Below the pieces are notes generated by a model. It searched no databases. It saw only the letters and a list, made by a program, of their open reading frames with translations, and was not told where the DNA came from. A DNA stretch of 64,000 nucleotides from Azolla caroliniana (Eukaryota > Plantae > Polypodiophyta): NCBI GenBank assembly GCA_043228905.1, contig JBHGNT010000021.1, forward strand, positions 4,030,001 through 4,094,000, read 5' to 3'. Positions 28,571-40,985 of the stretch are shown one piece after another. The position numbers and the translations under genes were made by a program. How positions within the stretch are numbered: position 1 is the first letter of the stretch; each line of letters starts with the position of its first letter.

Positions 28571-31500
28571 AATATTACCTACTACCTCTTTATGAATGTT
28601 CATGGTTAAAACAAATTATCCTCTCGCAATATTAAAATAGTTGTTTGGTGTGAGGGGTTCTAAGGTTATTTTGTCAATATTCAAACTTGGCACCTTGGGA
28701 AGCTACAATAGTTATTGCGTATGCAATTCGAGTAATCAAATTCTACCAAAGAAGAGATATTCCATAAGTAATTATATAAATGTTATCTTTTCAAGCTCCT
28801 CACTCTATGGCATGCATATATTATTGTGTTTGGTAAAGGTCAATGTTTTACAAATTACAACATTGATGTAATGTCGAATTGTTAGTTCAAAATATTGAAT
28901 AAGAGAACCCATAGATAGTTTAGATTTCTATAAAAAAATAATAATTTGATATCTCAAGAGTCACGGAAACCTAAAATATTGTTTTGTGAAGAAAAAGATT
29001 TTTTCATGTTACATGAGGATTATTTGTAACATTATTATGTGCAATTTGCTAGACTTTGGGTACGATAGCTCAATCCTTATTTATCTTATCCATTTGGAAT
29101 GTGTATATGCACGACCTAACATGTATTTAATGTTCCATTGTTTAGTTCATGTTATACGCTTCATTCACATTGTGTTGGCCGTAATCATATAGTGGTGTCG
29201 TTAGGCAACCCACTTACTTAAAGGGTTGTCAAATATTGTTATGGGGAAGCTAGGGTAAGAGTGAAACAAGTTTTGGAGACATTGACATGGTAGCTAGAGG
29301 GACAATATGACAAGTGTTGACTTAAGAGGTGGCAAGGACACGAAATCATATCCTTATAGGATCAACAAGAGGCAACACTTAGTTTTTGGAGCACCCAAAT
29401 CACATTGCTAGAAGGTTATGATAAAGTTACAAATACATGAACTTTCTATGCTTGAAAGTTGAGATCTCTTTGTTATGCAACTTCATTCTTGTAGGACCCC
29501 ATAAATGTTGTTTTTGCAAGAAATAATCTATGAAATCAAGACTTTCCGTGTGACGATCCTAAACCTTTACAACAAGCATTTGAAATTACCTTTGAAGTTC
29601 ATATGGAAAGTTTCAACTTCAATTAATGCCAACCACTGAGTAGTTAGAGGAGAAAGTCTTGAAGTGTATTTTGCATTTTCACTATAGAGGATTGGAAATT
29701 GTCAAACAAAATCCGCGTGATGATTTAACTACTCTTACTATTATAACGATCATAACATCATTAAAAAGAAAATTTGAAAAGCAATATGGATCGCGTAATT
29801 ACTTTAAGGAACTTAATTACATAATACACAATATTAGGGAAGTAGTTTGACATGATAAATTAGTATCAATGATGACTACGATAGAGTAAAACTATGATGA
29901 ACCTCTCTCTCTCTCTAGGTAAAACACACAATTATTTTAATTGTATGTAAAATCCAGTTGTTACAACTTCTTAGTCTCCTCTCCTATGTAGGGAGAGGGA
30001 CATCTTATAAAGCCATCAGAAAATGTGAATATTCGCTTGAGGAAATGATCCACACATGCTCTAACATCCGAAAATTCCACATAAGAATGCCTTTCAATTT
30101 CTTCAAATCGGGTTTTACCCCACTCACGTCTTTTACCCCACTCACGTCTACTATCAAACATGAAAGCGTTACACATATTTTTATTGTGTTGTAGTCCGCA
30201 ATAGAATGATTTAAGTTGGATATATAGCATCCTTTATATTAACTATGAGATAAGGGAGTTACATCATTGGGAGTTATAAGGTTATGAGAAAGCCATGTCC
30301 AGGTTACAATGCACAAACATGTTGGATAGTTGTAGAGCCACACATGTGCACCCACTACTCTTGGGATCACATACATTGAACAATTGAGTTAGATACCTCA
30401 ACATGTAATAGTCTAGTTGATGAATCAATGTCTAAGTTACTAAGGTAATACATGATGTGACTCCACATGAGTGATATTATGGATGGAAGTTGAACATGTT
30501 GCATTTCAAGGTTTTCTGATGGATAAAGTATGTCGATGTCCCAATTTGAAGGTTGGAACCCAAATCAACGAAAATATCTTTTCACCCTCTACTAGCTTGA
30601 ACAAAAAGGCTACAAGTACTTGAATATGACTACTTGAATAGCTTGAATGTAAGTGGAAAGGATGTGTCCGATGAAATGACATTGTGGTATGCTCTTTAAA
30701 GCCAACCAAAATTGTGATAGCCGAGGATGACGCTAAAGCTGACATCAATATTGGACTAAGCCAAACACAATTTAAAGATCACAACTTGACTTTGAGGTTA
30801 ATGAGCAACTCATATGAGTTCTCGAACCCTTGATCACTATACATGATGACACAATGTGATTGTGGCCTAATTTGATAAAGCCAACGCTAAGTTGCTAGAC
30901 TATCACAATAAATATCGAAGCTTTGATTATTATCGATTAAGCTAATGCTGAGGGATATGATATGGGAGCAAGGAAAAGAATGGATTAAGTGTGCTTAACC
31001 ATATTGACTATACCTGAGTAAGGAGATGAGACAAACATAAAATACCACAGGTGTCCCATACTCCAAATATTACCTTATGTTATACCTTGGTAGTTGAACA
31101 ATGAACAATGGATCTAACCACACACGCTTACCCTCACCAATAGATTCTCGACAACATCTCAAGATTTCATATGGGGATTGCTACTCTTGTTTATAGCACA
31201 ACACTTAAGGCTCCTATACCACCACATGTTTCCTCGAGCCATAGGTTCTTATGGGCTTGTCCTCATTCCTAGGATAATTGGTTTCCCAACTATCCTACTC
31301 TTAAAAACTAGCTTTAGAATTGGTCCTTAAGGTTAAGCCTATAACATATTACTTGTTTTCAAAACATTGCACTCTTGCAATGAAAAATCAAAATTGGGCA
31401 AATTAGATGTAAGAACATGCTCATTCTCCAAGTGGCATTATTCGTAGTTCAATCCAACCATTTAATTTTGAATTCTCAAATTTGTTTACATCTCAATGTT

Positions 31501-31682
31501 TAGTTCAAGCATTGAGTTTTTTTCTACCAAATGAGGTTTAGAAGATACATCTTGTGAGTTACTAGATCTTTTGTGGTTATTATGTTTTCATCAAAACCCA
31601 TAAGTTCTTTCAAGTGATGACATGGAAAACAAGATGGTTGTCAACCCCATAAGGAAAATCAAGGTGATAGGCAAATGAACTG

Positions 31683-34600
31683 TGTTGAGAATCAAGCTCA
31701 ACTTGGTCTAGTGTGTGAACTCACCTTGAGAGTGAAGAGACACCTCAACGGTCAAGAGTCACCATTATGTCACCACTTTGTATTCTAGCATTTAGTATGA
31801 GTCATAGAATCATATTCTATGACACATAACTTATGAGCTTTCACATTCCCCATGCTCCATGAGCCTTGTAGTTAATGAGGAGAGAGGGTGACTACATAAA
31901 GCAGCCTCCTCCCACCTTGTATAATGTTGAGTCTTTCTCCTTTGTCAATATACCTTTAACTTGCGTGTCTTTCTCCTTTGTCAATATACCTTTAACTTGC
32001 GTGTCTCTCTCACTCACACACACACACACTCTCTCATACACACACATAACTCATATCACTTCCGCTTCACAAGAATCAATCTCTTGATTTTTTACATTGT
32101 ATCAGAGCGATTTGGTAGCTCGATCTAGCCCATTCGCCTTATCGTGATCGTGTGTTGTGCTCTACGCCGACGACCAAGAACCAGCTCATCGCTATCGTAG
32201 CTTCGCTACATAGCTCGCATTCGAAGAGAGAAGAAGAAGAAGAAGAATCGAGATAATGAATACTCAAATGGGGAGCGCTCTCCCTACCGAGAAGTTGGAT
32301 CGAAACAACTTCGCATCTTGGGAGTACAAGATGCACCAATACCTTGTCGGACAAGGCTATTGGAGCTACATCAAAGGAGTGCATGAAGACCTACCCGCCG
32401 AAGCGGCTCCCGGATATGTGACATGGGAGAAAGCCGCAAGCCGCGTGATGTATTGTTTGGCGACATGTGTTCACGACCACATGCTCGGTTACATTCGAGA
32501 AGCCAAGACGCTGAAGGAAGCGTGGGAAAATCTACGAAAGATTTTCACCGCCAACACGACCGCGAGGAAGCTTCAACTCCGCCAAGAGTTGAACAACATT
32601 CAACAAAGGGACATGTTCATCACGACATACACCTTGAAGATCAAGGAACTTTGCGACTCGCTTGGCTCAATAAGCGTAAGTATAGATGATGATGAGATGG
32701 TGCAAATATGCCTCGGCGGCCTCGCACCACGGTTCGGCGCGATGCGAACCACTGTTCTAGCATGGGAGAAATCTCCCTCCTTCTTCGAGCTCCAATCAAT
32801 GCTATTGGTCGAAGAAAACCACGTGCGTACAAGGAGCAATGAGGCGGAAGGCCACATGCTCTACACGCACTCTAATGGAGGAAGAGGACGCAGACGAGCG
32901 AGAGGCCGATTCGACCAAGGACAAGGCGGACGAGGTCCGACCTACGACAACAACTCCCAATTTCGGCCGCAAAACGGAGGCCAACGAGGAACCTTTGCAA
33001 GAAGGGGGAGCTTCCACTCAGGCCCGAGCCGTCAAAACGCAACCAAATGCGGATATTGCGGAAAGCTTGGCCACCACGAAGAAGAGTGCCGAAAGAAGAT
33101 GCGTGAATCGGCTTCCACAAGCCGACAACTCACGAATTACGCGCACAATTCCGACTACGAAGAGTATAGCGGAATGTACGGGCACAACTCCGACTACGAG
33201 GATCGTGGCGGAATGTACGCATACAACTCCGACCGTGGCGGAATGTTCATGATGAAACATAGAGCAAAGCCTATGTCGGCCTTTACCTCAACTAGTGCCC
33301 TCAATCCAGAGGACGTATGGTTTGTTGACTCTGGAGCCTCAAACCATATGACATCCCACAAAGAATGGTTTCTCGAACTTCGAGAGACGGAGCGACCTGG
33401 TTATGTCGAAACCGGAGATGACACTACACACCCGATTCGGCACATCTGCAACATTCCGTTCAGCGAAAGAGGTAAGCAAACATACATTAAAAATGTCTTG
33501 CATGTACCCACCATCACAAAGAATTTGGTCTCGGTCGGCCAAATGGTTGAGCAAGGGATGCAAGTACGATTCGACCAAGAAGGGTGCTTCATCGAAAAAG
33601 AAGGCCGAATCATCGCACGTGGAAGAAGAGAGGGCCGGATGTTCATTCTCGATTCGCACAAGATGAAATCCGCCATGTTCGCAAAAAGCACGAAAGCCGA
33701 CTCCAACATAGAGCTATGGCATAAGCGAATCGGCCACATCAATCTTAACAAACTCAAAGCAATGAAATCGAAAGGAGTCGTCATCAGACTCCCGACATTC
33801 AAAGAGAACGAGATTGAAGGTGTATGCGAAGCGTGCCAATTCGGCAAGCAACACCGACACCCATTTCCGAAGGAGCGGAATGTGAGCAAAGGCGTACTCG
33901 ACGTAATTCATTCCGATGTATGGGGTCCAGCTCAAATGGTGACATTCGGCGGATGCCGCTATTAGGTGCTCTTCATAGACGACTTTTCTAGGCACACTTG
34001 GATCTACCCGATGCGACAAAAGAGCGAAGTGTTCGGACACTTCCAAAAGTTCAAGAATGAAGTCGAGAAAGCCACGGGCCGACATGTACGATGCCTTCGA
34101 TCGGATGGCGGCAAGGAGTACTTCTCGGATGATTTCACGGCGTATCTCCGAAAGGAAGGAATTCGGCGAGAATTCACTTGCCGATACACTCCGCAACAAA
34201 ACGGAGTAGCCGAGCGCAAAAATCGGCACATCCTCGAAGTAGCACATGCCATGATGAACGAGAAGCATATGCCCAAGTCATATTGGGCCGAGGCGGCAAA
34301 TACGGCTGTCTACCTAATGAACCGGTGCACAACATCCGGCGTGGACGAGGTCACTCCGCACGAAAGATTCTTCGAAAAAAAGCCGAATCTATCACATGTT
34401 CGGATATTCGGCTCCATTGCATACGTGCACATCCCCGACGAGAAGCGTCAAAAGCTCGACCCGAAGTCGGAGAAATGTATCCTCGTAGGATACTCATTGG
34501 AGCAAAAGGGGTACAAGTGCTACAACCCCTCAACTCGAAAATCTCGGGTAAGTCGAGACGTCCTCTTTGACGAGTCTGCATCCTGGTACGCACCAGAGAC

Positions 34601-37198
34601 AACTCCGACTCCGACTCCACTCGACCCAGAATCCGCTGAACAAGAGATAGAGGATGAAGATCATTCTACGGCCATGTTCGAAGAAAGTCCGATCACGACC
34701 CGACTGAGCGGACCACAAGAGCCTTTGAGCGATCGAAGCACATCACGGCCTAGCCCGAAGATGGACAAAGGCAAGACGAAAATGGCGGAATACGAAGACG
34801 ATCGCTTCACCAACGATGAGTCAACTCACTCACTCGACAGTGAGTTTGACGGTTTTGAGGTACCAATCGGAGCAAAGAAAGCCCTCATCTCTGCAAATGA
34901 AAAGCTCCGCCGATCCACTCGTGAAAAGAACCCCGTAAGTCGATTCAGCTACAACGATTACATGGCGTACCATTACGCCTTTATGATGAAGGTAGCGACA
35001 GTACGGGAGCCGGAAACCTTTTCAGAAGCCGCGAAGGACCCGCGATGGATCGAAGCAATGAACGAGGAGATGCAGGCACTATGGAAGAACGAGACGTGGG
35101 ATCTCGTTCCCACCTCACCACACAAAAAGGCGATCGAATGCAGATGGATCTACAAGGTGAAGTATAACGCCGATGGCTCCGTAAACCACTACAAAGCTTG
35201 ACTCGTAGTGAAAGGATACGCTCAGACGCATGGCGTCGACTACGAAGAGACCTTTGCCCCAGTGGCAAAGATGACAACGGTGCGGACCGTAATTGCGCTT
35301 GCCGCGGCGAAAGGGTGGCACCTCCATCAAATGGACGTCAAGAACGCCTTTCTACAAGGTGAATTAGAAGAGGAGGTGTACATGATACAACCACCCGGCT
35401 TCAACTCGAGCACCCATCCGAAAGCTGTATGCCGACTCAAGAAGCCACTCTACGGCCTCAAGCAAGCACCGCGTGCTTGGCATTCGAAGATAACGCAATA
35501 TCTTCATCAAATCGGCTTCCGTATGTCAAAATCGGACAACTCCCTCTACATCCGAAGCGATTCCGCAAGTCCGATCGTCATCATTTTATATGTGGATGAC
35601 CTAGTCATTGGAGGTGAGCATCTCGTCGAAATCAATAAGGTCAAATCCCTTCTTTCCGACAAGTTCGAGATGACGGACATGAAGGAGCTCCACTACTTCC
35701 TCGGCATCGAGGTAATTCGGACTTCGGCCGGAATCATGATCTCTCAACGGCACTACATCCTCAACTTGTTATACAAGTTCGGGATGGCTGAGTGCAAATC
35801 CGTGGCAACCCCGCTCGATCGTAATCTCAAACTGGATGCGAACTCCGGCACCAAAGCGTGTGAGCCGACTCAGTATCGGCAACTCATCGGGAGTCTCATC
35901 TACCTCACGATCACTCGACCCGATCTTAGTTATCCGGTCGGTCTCCTTAGCCAATTCATGCAAACACCGCGTGATACTCACTTGGATTGCGCTAAGCGAG
36001 TTCTACGATACGTGAGCGACACAATGGATTGCGGCATCCTCTACAAGACCGCAATGCCAATACAACTCAAGGGGTACACAGACGTTGATTGGGCCGGCTA
36101 CAAAGCTGATAGAAGATCAACCTCCGGATTTGTTTTCTCCCTCGACAGCGGAGCAATATCCTGGAGTAGCAAGAAGTAGCCTACTGTCGCTCTTTCGAGT
36201 ACGGAGGCGGAATACAGGGGCGTAGCCGTAGCTGCGTGTGAAGCCGTATGGCTCAAGAGGATTTTGAAGGATTTGGGCGTACCCATCAAGGATCCGACTT
36301 CCCTTTACTGCGACAACATGAGCAACATCTATCTGGCTCGGAACCCGGTGTTCCACGCGCGGACAAAGCACATCGAAGTGCACTATCACTTCATTCGAGA
36401 GCGCGTTCTAGCTGGCGATGTCGACCTACAACACATTAACACCAATCTTCAAACGGCCGACATCTTCACTAAAGCCTTAGGTGCTGACAAGCTATGGCAA
36501 TTCATGACCGGTCTCGGATTGACGATCCCTGATCTGCCAAGCTTGAGGGGGAGTACTGAAGACACTACGCAATAACGCGTAGATTCTGCAACCACACACC
36601 GTAGCACCAAAGAGCCGATCTACCGCGGAAAGCCGCGAAGAAAGACGCAAGCCGAAGCACATACTTCATAACTACGCACAACGCAAGCTGGAGCACGGAT
36701 TCCGCAACTCCGCATAAAGCGAGTCGACGCGAGTTGACGCGGACTCCCGAACGTGAATTGAAGCGGATTTCGGATACCTTCTGAAACCGACCCGACTTGA
36801 GCTTGAGGGGGCGTGTTGAGAATCAAGCTCAACTTGGTCTAGTGTGTGAACTCACCTTGAGAGTGAAGAGACACCTCAACGGTCAAGAGTCACCATTATG
36901 TCACCACTTTGTATTCTAGCATTTAGTATGAGTCATAGAATCATATTCTATGACACATAACTTATGAGCTTTCACATTCCCCATGCTCCATGAGCCTTGT
37001 AGTTAATGAGGAGAGAGGGTGACTACATAAAGCACCCTCCTCCTACCTTGTATAATGTTGAGTCTTTCTCCTTTGTCAATATACCTTTAACTTGCGTATT
37101 CCTTGTCTCTCTCACTCACACACACACACTCTCTCTCATACACACACATAACTCATATCACTTCCGCTTCACAAGAATCAATCTCTTGATTTTTTACA
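31683..37198 (+). mobile_element. Full-length Ty1/copia LTR retrotransposon (copia A)
   Basis: LTRs 31683-32096 and 36814-37198 (TG...CA). PBS-like TTGTATCAGAGC (tRNA-iMet type). PPT TTGAGGGGGCG. TSD AACTG/AACTA. Confidence 0.96.
32256..36575 (+). pseudogene. Copia A gag-pol polyprotein with three in-frame stops
   Basis: ORFs 32256, 33966, 35208 and 36264 share one frame. Domains in copia order: UBN2 gag, CGYCGKLGHHEEEC knuckle, WFVDSGASNHMT protease, integrase (LRSDGGKEY, PQQNGVAER), RT (QMDVKNAFL, YVDDL), RNase H (HARTKHIEVHYHF). Stops at 33963, 35199 and 36177. Confidence 0.93.
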
Positions 37199-37201
37199 AA
37201 C

Positions 37202-37488
37202 TATAAAGAAATGGAAAGCGTAGGTGATATTGTGTAGCGGAAGTAAATTGTGTGTGAGTACATAAGACGTGGAGAGAGAAAAGGAAGAGAGAGAGAGAGG
37301 GACTAGAACAAGAAGTTGTATTCGTGAAAAATATGATTATATCCAACAGTAACTAAGTTACAAAAGGTTGGTTTAAATACCAACTAGTCTAGGGCAACTG
37401 CCCTTTCTGTTATTTACAAAACTAGCCTAGTGTGTCCATTGCTAGTGTGAAAGCACTTCATTGGGGAAGTTGAGTTCGATTCTCAACA
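37202..37488 (-). mobile_element. Solo copia-type LTR, interrupted at its tip by copia A
   Basis: Minus strand starts TGTTGAGAATCGAACTCAAC, related to the copia A LTR. TSD TGAAC at 31676-31680 and 37489-37493. Its terminal TG remains at 31681-31682. Confidence 0.75.
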
Positions 37489-39044
37489 TGAACCAATACA
37501 CTTTCTGACTTTGAAAGTCTACAATAGTGTATTGTTAATTTAGCAGACTTACCCATAATACAAAGTTTTGGAATTAGGAGGTAAACACGAAAGAAGATAT
37601 TTTGTAGTGGTTAAGAACATGAGGATGCCTAACATGATTGATAGAAAGACATGCTCTTTCTTGAGTTACTTCGATTTGGTTGTTCAGTTGGATTCAATTT
37701 TCGACTTTGTGTACGGATGGTTAGTCAGGACGGTTTCGACAGTTTGATTGCTTTGTGCTCCTTGTTCTGTTCGACTGCCATCACCATACTTTGACTCCTT
37801 TGGTCGGCTTCGATCGACTGATCGACTGCTATTCGACTTTGACTGTTGTACTCCCCCTCAATCTTGGCAATATGTGTATCGTGAGACCAATATCCGATGT
37901 AAATTGCTCGAGTTTGTCGACTCCTAAGGCCTTAGTGAAGATGTCGGCAACCTGAAGGTTCGTGCTGAGGTGTTATAGATCGACATCTCTCGCCTGGGCG
38001 CACTCTCGGATGAAGTGATAATGCACTTCGATATGCTTCGTGCACACATGGAACACTAGGTTCTGAGCCAGATAAATGTTGCTCATGTTGTCGTAGTAGA
38101 GAAGAATTGGATCCTTGATAGGAACGCCCCGATCCTTCAATATGCGCTTCAGCCAAATTGTTTCGCATGCGATGACGACCGCTCCCCTGTATCGGCCTCT
38201 GTGCTCGACAATGCGATTGTCAGCTGTTTTTTACTACTCTACGAGATGGCTCCGTTGCCGAGTGAGAAGACGAATCCAAACGCTGATCTTCTATCGGCCT
38301 TATAGCCAGTCCAGTCTGCATCTGTGTACCCTTTGAGCCGAATAAATGTATCTGACTTATACATGATGCTAAAATCCATCGTCCTAGGGACATACTTAAG
38401 CACTCTCTTAGCGTAATTGAGATGAACATTTTGAGGGCTTTGCATGAATTGGCTAAGTAGACTGACTGAATAGTTGAGGTCAGGTCGGGTGATGGTAAGA
38501 TAGATTAAGCTGTCGATCAATTGATGGTATTGAGTAGGTTCGCACTCTGTAGTGCCAGAGTCGGCATCAAGCTTGAGATTTTGATCGAGGCACAGGTTTG
38601 TACTCAGTCATCCCAAACTTGTAGAGCAAGTTGAGAATGTAGTGCCGTTGAGAGATCAATATCCTGACTGGTGTTTGAATTACTTCGATACCAAGGAAGT
38701 AATGAAGCTCGTGCATATATTTCATTTTGAATCTGCCAGATAGGAGCGATTTAACCTTATCAATGTTGGCTAGATTCTTTCCTTCAATGACCAAATCATC
38801 CACGTACAGGATGATGACAATCGGGTTGTCCGACTCGTTTTTTATGTATAGGGAGTTGTTCGATTTTGACATTCAGAAGCCGATTTGGTGAAGATACTGG
38901 GTGATCTTTGAATGTCAAGCACACAGTGCTTGCTTGAGTCCATATAGCGGCTTCTTGAGCCAACATATTGCTGTCGGGTGTTTGGTTGATTCGAAACCGG
39001 GTGGTTGAATCATGAACACCTCCTCTTCTAGTTCACCTTGGAGG

Positions 39045-39542
39045 TGTCACGAACACACCAAGTGCGAACTAGGACAGAGCACAGATGATGGGGCTATGAG
39101 CGACGAATGAACTTGGATCTAGTTGTGACGAGGCTAGGAACTCTAGATGTTGTGAGCGACATGAGGGCATGAAGACAAAAATCAAGATCAAGGAGACAAA
39201 GATGAGGCGAAACGAGAATACTAGATTGATGTGTGAATGACTGGCGTTGAATCCCTTGAAAGGGACCAAGATGGTTACTAGTATTTATACTCTAAGTTGA
39301 AGTACATGCATTGGAATATTTTGAAGAATATTTTAGAACCTTTTAGAACCTTGGAACTTTCTAGAACTTTCTAGATGTCTAGAGAGTATACCTAGATCAT
39401 GTACATCTTATACAATGATATGTAGATCAAATATATCTTATACAATGCTCATATCAAGATGGTTGAGCATGATGTACTGTTGATGTGAGGTTGCAAGTTC
39501 AATCCTCGTCAACTATATATTTTATGTCATCCTATCGTGATA
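39045..39542 (-). mobile_element. Solo LTR (about 498 bp) inserted in copia B RT
   Basis: Termini TGTCACGA...TCGTGATA (inverted, final CA changed to TA). 5-bp TSD GGAGG. Removing it restores [15 protein letters not shown]. Minus-strand TATAAATA near 39282-39289. Confidence 0.88.
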
Positions 39543-40985
39543 GGAGGAGGGTGTTCTTTACATCCATTTGGTGGAGGTGCCACCCTTTTGCAGTTGCGAG
39601 AGCAATGGTTGTCCGAACAGTCGTCAACTTTGCCACCGGGGCAAAGGTTTACTTATAATCGACTTCGTGTGTTTGAGGATATCCCTTGGCTACGAGTCGT
39701 GCCTTGTAACGATTTACCGAACCGTCATAATTATATTTTACCTTATAGATCCATCTACAACCAATGGGTTTCTTGTGTGGTGAATGGGGGACGAAATCCC
39801 ATGTCTCATTTTTGCATAACGCCTACATTTCTTCGTTCATAGCTTCGATCCATCGTGAATCCTTGGCTGCCTCGAAAAAGGTTTCTAGCTCTCGGACCAT
39901 CGCCACCTTCATCATGAAGGCATAATGATATGCCATATACTCATCGTAGCCGAATCGGCTAACATGGTTTCTCTCTCGGGTGGAGCGATAAAGTTTCTCA
40001 TTTGTAGAGACTATGGTTTTCTTTGCTTCATTCGTCCGAATGATTGGGATGTCAAGGCCTTTGAACTCACTATTGAGTGAGTGTGTTGACTAGTTGTCGA
40101 TTGGGTCCTCGTATTCCGTCATTTTGGCCTTCCCTTTGTCCAGCTTAGGACTTGGTCAAGATGTATTTTGATCGCTTGGAGGCTCTTGAGGTCCACTCAG
40201 TCTGGTCATAATTGGACTTTCTTCGAACAATTGCCTCAGTTGATCTTCGTCTTCTATCTCTCGTTCGGCCCATTCTGGGTCGACTAGGGTCGGAATCGGA
40301 GTCCTCTCTAGCTCATACTAGGATGCCGACTTGTCGAAAATGATGTCTCGATTCACTCGAAATATTCGGGTGGATGGATTGTAACATTTGTACCCCTTTT
40401 GTTCGAGGGAGTACCCTACAAGGATACATTTCTCAGACTTCGGATCAAGCTTTTGTTGCTTCTTGTCGGGAATGTGTACATATGCTACTAGTCGGCCTTC
40501 TTTTCCAATAAAGCTCCCATCATTGTTGAATTGTACTTGCATGCCTTGCTCGACAATCTAGGCGACTGAGACCAGGTTTTTCGTGATGGTTGGGACATGC
40601 AAGACGTTCTTGAGGTAGGTTTGTTTGCCGTCATTTCTGAATGAAACATTTCTGATATGCCGAAATGGACGAGTTATGTCATCTCTAGTTTTGACATAGA
40701 CGGGTCAATCGGGCTTACTCAACTCTCAAAACCAATCTTCATGAGACGCCATGTGATTGGACGCTCCAGAGTCTACAAACCATACATCGTTTGGGGAAGA
40801 GGTACTAGTTGGACCTTGTGCCGACGTCGAATGTGCTTTATGCCTCATTACAAACATTCCACCATGATCGTCATAATCAGAATTCATAGCATAATTTGTG
40901 AGTTGTTGGCTAGTCGAAACCAACTCTTGTTTCTTCATTCGGCACTCCTCTTCGTAGACTATGGCTGAGTTTTCCACAATACCTG

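Noticed and set aside
24750-31670. Ancient copia/gypsy remnants around the LINE
   Set aside because: Too degraded to delimit or assign.
33960-36180. Programmed stop-codon readthrough in copia A
   Set aside because: The three stops fall inside conserved integrase and RT/RNase H motifs and fit point mutations, not a gag/pol boundary.
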